A stretch of 64,000 bases of DNA, taken from Anthoceros angustus (Eukaryota > Plantae > Anthocerotophyta). Position numbers and translations under genes: made by a program. The notes under the pieces were generated by a model, which saw only the letters and a list, made by a program, of their open reading frames with translations, did not search any database and was not told where the DNA came from. The stretch lies in NCBI GenBank assembly GCA_010909165.1, contig MU008209.1, forward strand, positions 344,779 to 408,778, in the 5' to 3' direction. Positions 1 through 13,212 of the stretch are shown here, in pieces. Positions within the stretch are counted from its first letter, which is position 1. Every line of letters starts with the position of its first letter.

Positions 1-2300
1 AGTTGGTAGCGACTCCGGTAGCTAAACAACGGTCATCATGTTCATGTCAAATGCTTGCCCAAGCAATCCACACGTTCCTTCTCGGATCGGCGCTCCTCAC
101 GTGTCCGGTTCAAAACTCGTAGCCATTTTCCATCTACAACTTAACCCTTTTTGGCATATATAGCCATGCGTAACCTAAATAATTCAAGGCCAAGGAACTT
201 CCTATCCCGAATATTCCTACTCCCATGGTCCAAGGAACTGAACCCATCATGCCTATATATGCTTCTATCTACCCATACTTTCACCCGATCGAACCTCCTA
301 CGGTACGCCGATTCAGCTTAAGTCCCGAACTCCTGACGTCCTACTATCTTCCCACTACTTTATCGACCTACCTACCACCTACTGCCTCAACCATTTATTC
401 ATCCTCTCGCTGGGCCGCCTCTGCCTGGTGACCAAAATTGCTCCACGAGGTGGCAGAAGAGGAGGCGCGATCCGAGGACAATCTTGTCGACTGGATGCGA
501 TGATGAATCAACTCCTGAGGGTTTAGGGCGACCTCGGACCCCGCATGGGAAGAGATTTTCAAGGGACTCCACCGGGAGGTGGATGCAACTTGGTGAGGGT
601 GCGCACTTGTCGGGAGGAAAGTTCTCTGGGATGGCGGGGCGCTGGGCCACAACAAGTGGACTTGGCAGAGCTGACCACGCCGATGATCCGGCCCAAGCAT
701 TTGTTGGATCAAGCGGCTTTAGCCTCACCGGCAGGGGCGACGGAGGAAGTGGGAAGGCCAGTTTGACGAAGGGGAGGCCAAGCAAGCAATTGGAGGAAGA
801 CAAGCGGAACCTAGAGGAAATAAGGGCCAAGATTCAAGAAGATTTGTGCAGGCCGAGAAGTTGCAAGCCATGACGAGCTAGGAAGCACTCATGGCTCAAA
901 TTAAGGATGCCCACGAGACGAACCAAGAGATGCAGGGGAGTTGTTGTGAGCCCGTGGAGGAGGCGGCCTGAAAAGGCCCATGTTAAGCTGAGCGTATAAA
1001 CGGAGCGGATGAGGCACGCGGGCCGTAAAAGACAAAGGGAAGGGACTGACCACGATCGAGTAGCGGAAGGACCCAAGAAGGAAGCAAGAATCGAAACCTC
1101 ACCTACCAAGGTTAACGAACGGCCGTGGAGTCCACTACCGCTCGAAACCGCCACCGACATTGGCGCAACCAACCCAAGGCGGGCGGGCGACAGGCGCGAC
1201 GTGGCGCCTCGAGGACATAGGCTGTGCAACCAGTGTAGCCTACGGAGGAGGGGTAAGCACCTCACCGCATAGGGGTCCTATTATATTACGGCACATGGAT
1301 GAGGAAACTTATGTCTGGGTCTATATGTGAATGGAGAACGCGTCTTAACCTCACCGGCCCATGTGCGTGGGAAATAGGAGGGACTGTGGCCTACCACTGC
1401 AAGTGAGGACCCGGCGTGCATACTTCTACCACCGCGCCGGGTGTGGGGTTGGCTCCTATTATGCGGAGGCGACTTTGGAGGAGTTGAGCGAGGAGGAGGT
1501 CCAGCTTGGGTGGACGAGGAACCGAATAATCCTCAAAGAAGCCGGAAGATGCGAAGCCCTGTAAGGTGGTACACCTCAAATTCGCCCAGCAGGATGTGAG
1601 GTGGAAGTAGTGTGGAGAACCCGTCCACCAGCGCGCAAGGTGAGAGCTCGTGGCGAATGGAGGATGAGCCGACGCCAAGTCGAGGTAGGGCGCAGACAGA
1701 GGTGGTAGCAACCTAAAGATAATTTGGTTAGGTGTCATCGACCTAGGATCGCCCGAATTGTGGGCGCGGCCCTTCGTGATAGCCATCTTAGGACCTAAAA
1801 TCCGGCATGCCCCACCGATGTATAAGAGGGGCGACTAGGTCCCTCACGCGATAACTCGGTTGAGATCCCCACGCCTCGTGGCTGGTTGGAGACGTCCGAT
1901 TGACAGAGGTGGTGCGAGACGCCCTAGGGTGGTCGAGAGCTTGCACCGGGGGAGGAGGTGATAAATCTTGCCGACAAAGGAGGAGGAAACCAAGGGATTG
2001 GTCCGGAGCTTGCTCAACGCCTGTGACGCCTGGGGTTCTTTCCTTCACCTTGTCCTGAGTGTTCAAATTGAGAGAAGTGTTGAGTGGATGGAAGCTGCCG
2101 GGCGAATTGAGGGAGAGAGAGAGAGGGAGAAGATTGGGTGAAGGAGTGACTAAACAATCAGACGCCGGCGCGAGGTGTAAGAGGAGTTGAGAAGGAACCA
2201 ATTGAGAGACTAACAAAGGAGATTTGTGTGAATCCAAAAGAATCCAAACCGTGTCACAGGAAGTGGCACAAGGGGAACAAAGGCCCTTTAAAAAACTGTG

Positions 2301-2330
2301 GTGAGTGTGTGTGTGTGTGTGTGAGTGTGA
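2301..2330. repeat. (GT)n microsatellite
   Basis: The sequence gtgagtgtgtgtgtgtgtgtgtgagtgtga is read directly. Confidence 0.85.
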
Positions 2331-2923
2331 GGAATTTGTGGAACTTTGGTCCCTAGGAATGTGTGTGTGTGCATGAAGTGTGGAGACAAAGCGACAGTGG
2401 TGGACGCCCGCAGGGATCCGCGCCTGCGGCGGAAATAAGTCGCTAGGGTTTATGTGGGACCCACCGAGTCAAGCAACTACTAGTGGTGAGAGCCACCGCA
2501 CGTGGAATAAGATTTGGGTCGTGGAATAAGAGCCAGTAGTTAGACAAGTGGGAGGTAGTAGTGGTTGAGTAGATAGGTAAGAGGAGTAATAGCAAGTCAA
2601 GTCCCGACTTAGGTGAAGGTAGATAGGGAGTTAGCGCCTCTTGGCACAAACCATTCCCTTGGGAGCGAATCCTAAGCCTCACAACGACATTGAGGGCGAA
2701 TGGGACCTCACTTGTCCTCGACACAAATCCACACTCCACACGCGGCAAGTGAGGTGGGCACTGTGGAAAATGCGGATTCATCGAAGTGGAGAGGTGGATG
2801 ATCATCAAGGGAGGAGTGAGGCCAGAGAGGTGCAGGCGAGGGGGAGCAACTTCCAACAAAGAAGGGAGTCTCCGCCAAAGAGGAGGACGGCCGAGAAAGC
2901 GGCCGCAAGGGGAGTGGGTGTCT

Positions 2924-4350
2924 CTAATAGGTGGGGAGCTAATGCTGAGCCGCTGCAGGAGAGAATCCAAAACTTTAGAGGAGGAATCGCTGTCCGTGAC
3001 ATCGTGAGGGGAGGAGGCGTGAGTCCGAGAAAGAGGACTGGTGATCGGGAGGAGCATGGTGGTGCGCCCAAGAGGCAGTGTGGTGGCAGAGAGAGGCCAT
3101 TGGTCTTGTGGACCTTCGTCGTGGCGATGGATAACCCCAACAACGTGGGAGGAGGATGCCTGTGGAGGGGAGGAAACCGCTCGGGAGTGAGACTGGTCAT
3201 GGAGGAGGCGGTTGGAGGCGGGCCAAGGAACGTGCATATGATGGTCGGAGGACGGTGAGGAGAAGGACACCGTGCAATGATGGGGAAAGCGCAAGCGAGA
3301 TGTGGAGATGGCGGATGATGAGGTGGAGAGACATACCGACTACATTGCCACTACCGAAATTGGAGAATTGATGGAGCAGTTGGCGGTAAGCCACTAGACG
3401 ACGCATTGCCGTGTTGTGCAGGCCGCATGTGGTGGAGTGTACATCATGTGAGCCTTATGCGATGGAGGTTGGGTGGAGAATGAGGAGTTGACCGTTGGTG
3501 CGACGTGGTGATATGTAGGACGTGAGCTCTAAGTGATGTGTGCATGACCGCAGGGAAGAAGGGAAGGGAAAGTGGTGGAAGGTGAAGGCCATGTCGGAAG
3601 GAAGGATACTAGTGGAGAGAAGGAAGATGGAGGAAAGGTGGCAACAGGGGCGTCACCGCCAAGTGATGCCGAGGCAACGAGATGGTGGGGAACTGGATGT
3701 GGGAGCGCTGGAGAGATGGTGGGGAACGGATGTGGGAGCGGAGCAGAGAGATGGTGGGGAACTGGATGGATGAGAGAATGCGGAGCATAATGCAACTGAA
3801 AACAACCGTGTGGGCCGCTTTGTGGAGGGGAATGTGAATGTTCGAGCCATTTTCTTGCGTACGGAGTCGCCAAGACGTGGGTGGACCGGTGATGGTCAAT
3901 CAAGAACAAATGGAATTGGTATTCCCACCTTTATAGCCTAGCATTTACAGGGTCCTTCGCCGTGAAAGTGGTGATTGAGACCGGATAGGTCTAGGAAGTT
4001 GTGGAGGAACCCCGAAAACAATGGTGTTGGTCAAAGAGTCACCAAGTGACGCCGCAAGACGCATGGCCATATCACTTGGAAGACGACATGTTTGTAGATA
4101 GTTAGTACTGGCAACAAAGCCACGATGCCGAAGGGATAGAGGACGCTTGAACGCCCAAAAATTCCAATTAATTTGTCAATAAAATCAAACACTTATATAT
4201 GCAAGGTATGAGAGTGACGTAAGGGTTAGCACATACATATTACTATATAAACAAGTCTTGACGCCTATATATACATATATACATACAAAGGAGGCACATA
4301 TAAGTACACTAATATAATATAAGTATAATGATGGATGTGTACATATATAT
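2924..4350. repeat. Repeat unit A: GA-rich, probably TE-derived, ending in an inverted copy of the CHMP1 3' flank. Further copies at about 5275-6590 and 7472-8770.
   Basis: Shared blocks include gagagaggccattggtcttgtggaccttcgtcgtggcg and ggtcaaagagtcaccaagtgacg, and the ORF track shows the same spurious peptides three times. No recognisable TE protein domain. Confidence 0.8.
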
Positions 4351-4589
4351 GTACACATACTTACACATACTTATGTCTTGAAGCCTATATACATATATAT
4401 GTATACAAAGGATATGCAAAGGAGGTAAAAAGGGAAGGACAGCCGGGAGAGAGAGGTCCTTGTTACAATCATGTTGCAAGAGGAAGAGGGAAGAGTATAA
4501 AATGGTTGTGATAGGGGAGGTCCTTCTCATCAGGATGGAGGAGAAGTGAAAGAGTATAAAAGGGTGTGATAAGGGGAGCAATAACTAGG

Positions 4590-5285
4590 TGGTGAGGTGA
4601 GAGGAGAGAGACCAAGCATTGTGTTAAGATGGGGTGAGAAGGTGGATAAGAAATTGACACCGAACACCAAGCCACCAAAGAGTGTTGCAATTTTGAAGTG
4701 GTACATGAAGTGAGAGACCAAGCATTGTGTTAGGATGGTGGGAGAAGGAAGAGAAAAATGGACCAACTTAACACCAAGCCATCAAAACATGTTGCAAGTT
4801 GGAAGTGTTACATAAAATTGCAACACGATCGTAATAAAGGGTGGGAAATTATTAACAATGCAGAGAGAGGGTGTACCAAGGGTGAGGTGGGAAGAGAGAG
4901 CCGTTCGTGTTAAGATGGTCGCACCAAACGGGGATGTAACTAACAAACTTAATACCAAGCCTCCAAAACATGTTGCAATGTGGAAGTGTAACAAAAAATT
5001 GCAACATCGACTGTAACATGGGGTGCCCTTTTCTAGTAGGGAAAGCTACACTGGCCCCACTAGATTGTGAATGTTACATCTTATCTCCTTAATTCTCTTA
5101 ACTAGTTCCACGTGCCTTGAGATTCCAAGTTACTTTCTTTATGCTTATCCTTGATCTCTCATCGAATGCTCAGGCCGTTAGGTATCCATAGCCAAGTCAT
5201 AGCGATTTCCATACTTGATCATGGATTTCACTGAACGAAGCCTCAATACCTAGGCAAAAGGCTGGTCCTTTGCTAATAGGTGGGA
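4590..5285. repeat. Repeat unit B with internal degenerate tandem sub-repeats. Second copy at about 9361-9960.
   Basis: The motifs gagaccaagcattgtgtta.gatgg and accaagcc..caaaacatgttgcaa recur internally. 4670-5285 matches 9361-9960. Confidence 0.75.
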
Positions 5286-6589
5286 GCTAACTGAGCTGCT
5301 TGCTGCAGGAGAGAATCCAAAACTTTCAGAGGAGGAATCTGCCAGGGCCGTGACATCAGGAGGGGAGGAGGAATTTGGCGTGAGTCCGGAGAAAGAGGAC
5401 TGTGGTGATCGGGAGGAGCATGGTGGTGCTGCCCAAGAGGCCGACCGTGTGGCTGGCGAGAGAGAGGCCATTGGTCTTGTGGACCTTCTGTTCGGTGGCG
5501 ATGGATAACCCCCAACAACGTGGGAGGAGGATGCCTGTGGAGGGGAGGAAACTGCTGCCCTGGGAGTGGAGACTGGTTCATCGGAGGAGGCGGTTGCGGA
5601 GGCGGCCAAGGAAGCATATGATGGTCGGAGGACGGTGAGGAGAAGGACACCGCGAATGATGGGGAAAGCGCAAGGGGAGGCGATGTGGAGATGGCGGATG
5701 ATGAGGTGGAGACCGACATACCGACTACATTGCCACTACCGAAATTGGAGAATTGATGGAGCAGCTGGCGGTAAGCCACGACCATTGCCGTGTTGCAGCC
5801 GCATGGGCGTGGTGGAGTGTACATGGCGTGAGCCGCGATGGAGGTTGGGTGGAGAATGAGGAGTTGACTGGTTGGTGCGACGTGGTGATATGTAGGACGT
5901 GAGCTCTAAGTGATGTGTGTGCATGATCAGGAAGAAGGGAAGGGAAAGCTGGTGGAAGGTGAAGGCCATGTCGGAAGGAAGGCATGTATACTAGTGGAGA
6001 GAAGGAAGATGGAGGAAAGGTGGCAACAGGGGCCACAAGTGACGGAGGCAACGTAGATGGTGGGGAACCCGGATGTGGGAGCGGAGCGCTGGAGAGATGG
6101 TGGGGAACTGGATGTGGGAGCGGAGCACCGGAGAGATGGTGGGGAACTGGATGGATGAGAGAATGCGGAGCGCATGCCGAATGCAACTGGAAAACAACCG
6201 TGCGGTGGGCTTTGTGGAGGGGAATGTTCGAGCCATTTTCTTGCGTACTGGAGTCGCCAAGATGGTGGACCGGTGATGGTCAATCGAACAAAGATGGAAT
6301 TGGTATTCCCACCTTGTAGCCTAGCATTTGGGTCCTTCGCCGTGAAAGTGGTGATTGAGGCCACTGGATAGGTCTAGGAAGTTGTGGAGGAACCCCGAAA
6401 ACAATGGTGTTGGTCAAAGAGTCACCAAGTGACGCAAGACGCATATGGCCATATCACTTGGAAGATATGTTTGTAGATAAAGACTTGCATCGTGGCAACA
6501 AAGCCACCGAAGGGATAGAGGACGCTTGAACTCCAAAAATTCCAATTAATTTGTCAATAAAATCAAACACTTATATATGCAAGGTATGA

Positions 6590-7480
6590 TGGGCATGAGG
6601 CTAGGTTCTTTATGACTTCTAGCTCCACGCCTTGTGCCCTATGATCTCGCTTAAACATGGTTCTTCCTCCTCCATATCTTGTGACGCTCACATTTTGTGG
6701 ATCGAGGTCCATATCCGCCCACATCCAAGGTCTCTAACCTTTGAGTACTGAAGAGGTTGTTGGTTGTCTCTTCTCCCTTTGGATCTCTTGCCGCACTCTT
6801 AGCTAAAGTCCATGGCTTTTGCGGCTTGTAGTGTAATGTTTCTTTTAACTGGCTCAATGGTCATAGGATTTCCGTCAAGGTTAGAGTAGCGGTTGTCATA
6901 TGGCTTAGTGGCTCCATGAATGCTCTACAAGTTGGAGGTGAATTTGTAGGCCATAATTCATCTTTGCCTTTTGCAGGACCTCTGCATCCTCGTCTCGAGA
7001 AATGGCATTCCAGCTTGGTACCTAACTATTTAGTGGCCACCGCCGCCATGGCCCCTTACCTTCTTTGTTGAACTAACTAAGTTCATCGAGGTGCATAAGA
7101 TCTGACAAAAAAAATCATTTTTTCAGAAAAAGCAAGATCATAGATCAGCTGCCACAAGCCATGGAACGGAAAGATCCTTCAGATCCCTCATAACCATACT
7201 AGTTCGGCCTTGGGTTTAGTGAGACCATGGTGAAACGGGGGCATCCCCGATCCCCTCATGGCGTCGTTTATTCACCCTGGCCATTGCTTGCAAGCAATGC
7301 TCGCATCCCTAGGCCATTGCTTGCAAGCAATGCTTGCATCCCTGGGGTAGTGGACGGGATTGGCTGTTTCCTCCGTCATCGAGTTGACTCCAGAACCCGA
7401 ATCTAATGGTAGGATGTTTCACTTCTTTAAATTAGCCGGTTTTAGGAGCATCGGACTTAGCCCCGTTTTGGTAGCATGGT
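6590..7480. repeat. Repeat unit C, part of the palindrome arm. Direct copies at about 10004-10935, 11436-12260 and 13205-13630; inverted copies at about 12600-13212 and 13630-13860.
   Basis: Shared blocks include gaggttgttggttgtctcttctccctttggatctcttgc, gatcagctgccacaagccatgg and cattgcttgcaagcaatg. Confidence 0.85.
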
Positions 7481-8959
7481 GGTGCGCCCAAGAGGCAGTG
7501 TGGTGGCAGAGAGAGGCCATTGGTCTTGTGGACCTTCGTCGTGGCGATGGATAACCCCAACAACGTGGGAGGAGGATGCCTGTGGAGGGAGGAAACCGCT
7601 CGGGAGTGAGACTGGTCATGGAGGAGGCGGTTGGAGGCGGCCAAGGAACGTGCATATGATGGTCGGAGGACGGTGAGGAGAAGGACACCGTGCAATGATG
7701 GGGAAAGCGCAAGCGAGATGTGGAGATGGCGGATGATGAGGTGGAGAGACATACCGACTACATTGCCACTACCGAAATTGGAGAATTGATGGAGCAGTTG
7801 GCGGTAAGCCACTAGACGACGCATTGCCGTGTTGTGCAGGCCGCATGTGGTGGAGTGTACATCATGTGAGCCTTATGCGATGGAGGTTGGGTGGAGAATG
7901 AGGAGTTGATGGTTGGTGCGACGTGGTGATATGTAGGACGTGAGCTCTAAGTGATGTGTGTGCATGACGCAGGGAAGAAGGGAAGGAAAGCGGGTGGAAG
8001 GTGAAGGCCATGTCGAAGGAAGGCATGATACTAGTGGAGAGAAGGAAGATGGAGGAAAGGTGGCAACAGGGGCCACAAGTGACGGAGGCAACGTAGATGG
8101 TGGGGAACCCGGATGTGGGAGCGGAGCGCTGGAGAGATGGTGGGGAACTGGATGTGGGAGCGGAGCACCGGAGAGATGGTGGGGAACTGGATGGATGAGA
8201 GAATGCGGAGCGCATGCCGAATGCAACTGGAAAACAACCGTGCGGTGGGCTTTGTGGAGGGGAATGTGAATGTTCGAGCCATTTTCTTGCGTACGGAGTC
8301 GCCAAGATGTGGGTGGACCGGTGATGGTCAATCAAGAACAAATGGAATTGGTATTCCCACCTTTATAGCCTAGCATTTACAGGGTCCTTCGCCGTGAAAG
8401 TGGTGATTGAGGCCGGATAGGTCTAGGAAGTTGTGGAGGAACCCCGAAAACAATGGTGTTGGTCAAAGAGTCACCAAGTGACGCCGCAAGACGCATGGCC
8501 ATATCACTTGGAAGACGACATGTTTGTAGATAGTTAGTACTGGCAACAAAGCCACGATGCCGAAGGGATAGAGGACGCTTGAACGCCCAAAAATTCCAAT
8601 TAATTTGTCAATAAAATCAAACACTTATATATGCAAGGTATGAGAGTGAGGGGGTTAGCACATACATATTATATAAACAAGTCTTGACGCCTATATACAT
8701 ATATACATATACAAAGGAGGCATATAAGTACACTAATATAATATAAGTATAACAGATGGATGTGTACATATATATGTACACATACTTACACATACTTATG
8801 TCTTGAAGCCTATATACATATATATGTATACAAAGGATATGCAAAGGAGGTAAAATAGGAAGGGAAGGACACTGGGAGAGAGAGGTCCAATCATGTTGCA
8901 AGAGGAAGAGGGAAGAGTATAAAATGGTTGTGATAGGGGAGGTCCTTCTCACATGATGG

Positions 8960-9360
8960 AGGAGGAGAAGGGAAAAGTTCGTGAAGAAGCAAGCGATCGA
9001 GAAAGGCAACATGGATGGCGCACGAATCTACGCTCAGAACGCTATCAGGAGGCAGGACATCAGCCCCTACTCTTCAATTCGGCCAGCCTCGCTCGTCATC
9101 CTCAGAGACGGATGCTGTTTCCTTCCTGGGACAGCATGAGAAGCAGCTTGAGGCAGCCAACGGAAACCTCAGTCCATAGTCATCCACACCTGTTGCATGA
9201 GCGAGTTCACCTCATCCTCTGGAGTGGAAAGGCTGGTACTTCCAGCCATAGCCGTCTCCACGAACTCTGATTGAACCTCCATGTTCACAAAGTCTTCTCA
9301 AACTGGTCCATGGTCTGAGATATTTTTTGCATGTTTCAACCATGTTTCCAGGCACTGTCC
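8960..9360. pseudogene. Chimeric CHMP1 fragments: a forward piece of the 5' CDS fused to an inverted piece of the 3' CDS
   Basis: About 8960-9050 matches CHMP1 14728-14820 (gcgatcgagaaaggcaacatggatggcgcacgaatctacgctcagaacgctatcagga). About 9050-9360 is the reverse complement of about 14944-15260 (ggcaggacatcagcccctactcttcaattcggcc...). Many indels. Confidence 0.85.
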
Positions 9361-10934
9361 AAGCCACCAAAGAGTGTTGCAATTTTGAAGTGGTACATGA
9401 AGTGAGAGACCAAGCATTGTGTTAGGATGGTGGGAGAAGGAAGAGAAAAATGGACCAACTTAACACCAAGCCATCAAAACATGTTGCAAGTTGGAAGTGT
9501 TACATAAAATTGCAACACGAATAACAAGGTGTGGAAATTATTAACAATGCTTGTGAGAGAGGGGTTTAAGGGTGAGGTGGGAAGAGAGAGTGCGTTCGTG
9601 TTAAGATGGTCACCAAACGGGACGTAACTAACAAACTTAATACTTTTCCAAAACATGTTGCAATGTGGAAGTGTAACAAAAATTGCAACATCGATCGAAT
9701 ATGGGTGCCCTTTTCTAGGGAAAGCTACACCGGCCCCACTAGATTGTGAATGTTACATCTTATCTCCTTAATTCTCTTAACTAGTTCCACGTGCCTTGAG
9801 ATTCCAAGTTACTTTCTTTATGCTTATCCTTGATCTCTCATCGAATGCTCAGGCCGTTAGGTATCCATAGCCAAGTCATAGCGATTTCCATACTTGATCA
9901 TGGATTTCAGCTTGAACGAAGCCTCAATACCTAGGCAAAGGGCTGGTCCTTTGCTAATAGGTAGAAAAGCATGGGAGCATTATGCTTATGCGAAGGTATG
10001 AGCGTGGGCATGAGGCTAGGTTCTTTATGACTTCTAGCTCCACGTCTTGTGCCCTATGATCTCGCTTGGCTAAACATGGTTCTTTCCCGGCTCCATATCT
10101 TGGCCCGTACGTTCTCACATTTTGTGACTGAGGTCCATATCCAGCTCCACATCCAAGGTCTCTAACCTTTTGAGTACGGCAAGAGGTTGTTGGTTGTCTC
10201 TTCTCCCTTTGGATCTCTTGCCGCACTCTTAGCTAAAGTCCATGGCTTTTGCGGCTTGTAGTGTAATGTTTCTTTTAACTGGCTCAATGGTCATAGGATT
10301 TCCGCCAAGGTTAGAGAAGCGTTGTCATATGGCTTAGTGGCTCCATGAATGCTCTCAAGTTGAGGTGAATTTGTAGGCCATAATTCATCTTTTGCCTTTG
10401 CAGACCTCGATCCTGCCTCGAGAAATGGCATTCCGTTTTGGTACTAACTATTTAGTGGCCACTGCCGCCATGGCCCCTTACCTTCTTTTTGTTGAACTAA
10501 CTAAGTTCATCGAGGTGCATAAGATCCGACAAAAAATCATTTTTTCGTAAAAGCAAGATCATAGATCAGCTGCCACAAGCCATGGAACGGAAAGATCCTT
10601 CAGATCCCTCATAACCATACTAGTTCGGCCTTGGGTTTAGTGAGACCATGGTGAAACGGGGCACTGATCCCCTCATGGCGCTGCTTATTCACCTCGCCAT
10701 TGCTTGCAAGCAATGCTCAGATCCCTAGGCCATTGCTTGCAAGCAATGCTTGCATCCCCGGGTAGTGGGATGATAATGCTTTCCTCCGCCATCGAGTTGA
10801 CTCAACCCGAATCTAATGGTAGGATGTTTCACTTTAAATTAGCCGGTTTTAGGAGCACTGACTTAGCCCCGCTTTGGTAGCATGGTGGTTGTGCGTGCCT
10901 CCTCATCATGTTTGCTTAACGAGAAGAGCAAAGG

Positions 10935-11445
10935 AAGTTGGAAAATCTGATCCAGCAGTTTCTTGGCTTCCCCATGCCTAGCTACACACTGTGCCCCTCG
11001 TCCAGCTGCTGGCGATCACCAACTCCAGCCAATTGCACCTTCACGGAGCTAATTGCCGCCCGTGCATCGCCTTGCCTCTCTTGGCGTAGAGCTTACAAAG
11101 CAAGCGGGACAGACGAGTATTCTGCCCTAATCCAGCTTCATATCTACTGGGCGTGTCTGTTCGACCTAAACGGAAGCTTCCTCCACTGGAAATGGACGCG
11201 TGGAGTTGGCACCAAGTACTCTATAGCCTCGCACTGGGGTGACCCAGCCCTCAAGCATATATAGAAACGTTATGAGACCAGTTTCGGACTTTCCAAGATA
11301 TTAACCTACTTAAAAGGCAAGTTTCAAGAATCCTATTCAAATTTACTGCTAAAATTTATTGAAAACCTCGTTGACATAATCTATAGACAGTACCCAAGCA
11401 CTTCATCCTAGCTCGTTAATAACCGTCCTATGTGGCCATTTTGTG
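10935..11445 (-). pseudogene. Inverted copy of the CHMP1 promoter/5' region and first codons
   Basis: This is the reverse complement of about 14150-14680 (ttggaaaatctgatccagcagtttcttggcttccccatgcctagctacacactgtgcccc...). Confidence 0.85.
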
Positions 11446-11614
11446 ACCTGAGGTCCATATCCACTCCACATCCAAGGTCTCTAACCTTTGAGTACTGCAA
11501 GAGGTTGTTGGTTGTCTCTTCTCCCTTTGGATCTCTTGCCGCACTCTTAGCTAAAGTCCATGGCTTTTGCGGCTTGTAGTGTAATGTTTCTTTTAATCGC
11601 TCAATGGTCATAGG

Positions 11615-13212
11615 ATTTCGCCAAGGTTAGAGAAGCGTTGTCATATGGCTTAGTGGCTCCATGAATGCTCTCAAGTTGAGGTGAATTTGTAGGCCATAAT
11701 TCATCTTTTGCCTTTGCAGACCTCGATCCTGCCTCGAGAAATGGCATTCCGTTTTGGTACTAACTATTTAGTGGCCACCGCCGCCATGGCCCCTTACCTT
11801 CTTTGTTGAACTAACTAAGTTCATCGAGGTGCATAAGATCCGACAAAAAATCATTTTTTCGTAAAAGCAAGATCATAGATCAGCTGCCACAAGCCATGGA
11901 ACGGAAAGATCCTTCGATCCCCTCATAACCATACTAGTTCGGCCTTGGTTTAGTGAGACCATGGTGAAACGGGGCACTGATCCCCTCATGGCGCTGCTTA
12001 TTCACCTCGCCATTGCTTGCAAGCAATGCTCAGATCCCTAGGCCATTGCTTGCAAGCAATGCTTGCATCCCTGGGGTAGTGGACGGGATTGGCTGTTTCC
12101 TCCGTCATCGAGTTGACTCCAGAACCCGAATCTAATGGTAGGATGTTTCACTTCTTTAAATTAGCCGGTTTTAGGAGCATCGGACTTAGCCCCGTTTTGG
12201 TAGCATGGTGGTTGTGCTTCAGGCTCTCCCCTATCATGTTTGCTTAACGAGAAGAGCAGTGGAAGTTGGAAACCAGATGAAGATGCTTCTCTTTGTGGGC
12301 ATTGCCAGTTCTGCTGAAAACAGCTAGGAAATTGTTGATGGATAGTCGAGGTGGGTTTCAAAGGTTCGAACCACATGCTGGTGTAGATCCAAGTATGTTG
12401 CTGTGGAGGTAGAAAAGGCGGTCCGATTTTTATAAAAATCGGACCGCCTTTCTCCTACCTCCAAATAGCAACATACTTGGATCTACACCAGCATGTGGTT
12501 CGAACCTTTGAAACCCACCTCGACTATCCATCAACAATTTCCTATTTGTTTCATTGAGTAATGCCCACAAAGAAGCGTCTTCATCGGTTTCCAACACTTT
12601 GCTCTTCTAAGCCAAAACATGATAGGGAGGCACAGGCACAACCACCATGCTACCAAAACGGGCTAAGTCCGATGCTCCTAAAACCGGCTAATTTAAAGAA
12701 GTGACATCCTACCATTAGATTAAGATTGAGTCAACTTCGATAGCGGAGAAAAGCAGTAATCCGTCCACTACCCGGGATGCATTGCTTAAAGCAATGGCCT
12801 GAGATCTGACATTGCTTGCAAGCAATGGCGTGGTGAATAAGCGGCGCCATGGGGATCGGGATGCCCGTTTCACCATGGTCTCCACTAAACAAGTAGAACT
12901 AGTATGGACATGGGGATCGAAGGATCTTTCCGTTCCATGGCTTGTGGCAACGGCTGATCTATGATCTTGCTTTTCGAAAAAATGATTTTTTTGTCGAGAT
13001 CTTATGCACCTCGATGAACTTAGTTAGTTCAACAAAAAGAAGGTAAAGGCCATGGCGGTGGCCACTAAATAGTTAGTACCAGGCGGAATGCCATTTCGAG
13101 GCGAGATGCGAGAGGTCTGCAAAAGGCAAGATGAATTATGGCCTACAATTCACCTCCAACTTGTAGAGCATTCATGGAGCCACTAAGCCATATGACAACC
13201 GCTACTCTAACC
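11615..13212. repeat. Large spacer-less inverted repeat (palindrome) centred at 12432/12433
   Basis: The centre reads ggcggtccgatttttataaaaatcggaccgcc. The arms pair outward (ccacatgctggtgtagatccaagtatgttgc with gcaacatacttggatctacaccagcatgtgg) for about 800 bp. The right arm has more indels. Confidence 0.9.

Noticed and set aside
225-8400. Numerous overlapping 60-280 aa ORFs in the left flank
   Set aside because: They are low-complexity translations of GA/CT-skewed repeats with no domain motifs, and reading frames are not conserved between copies.
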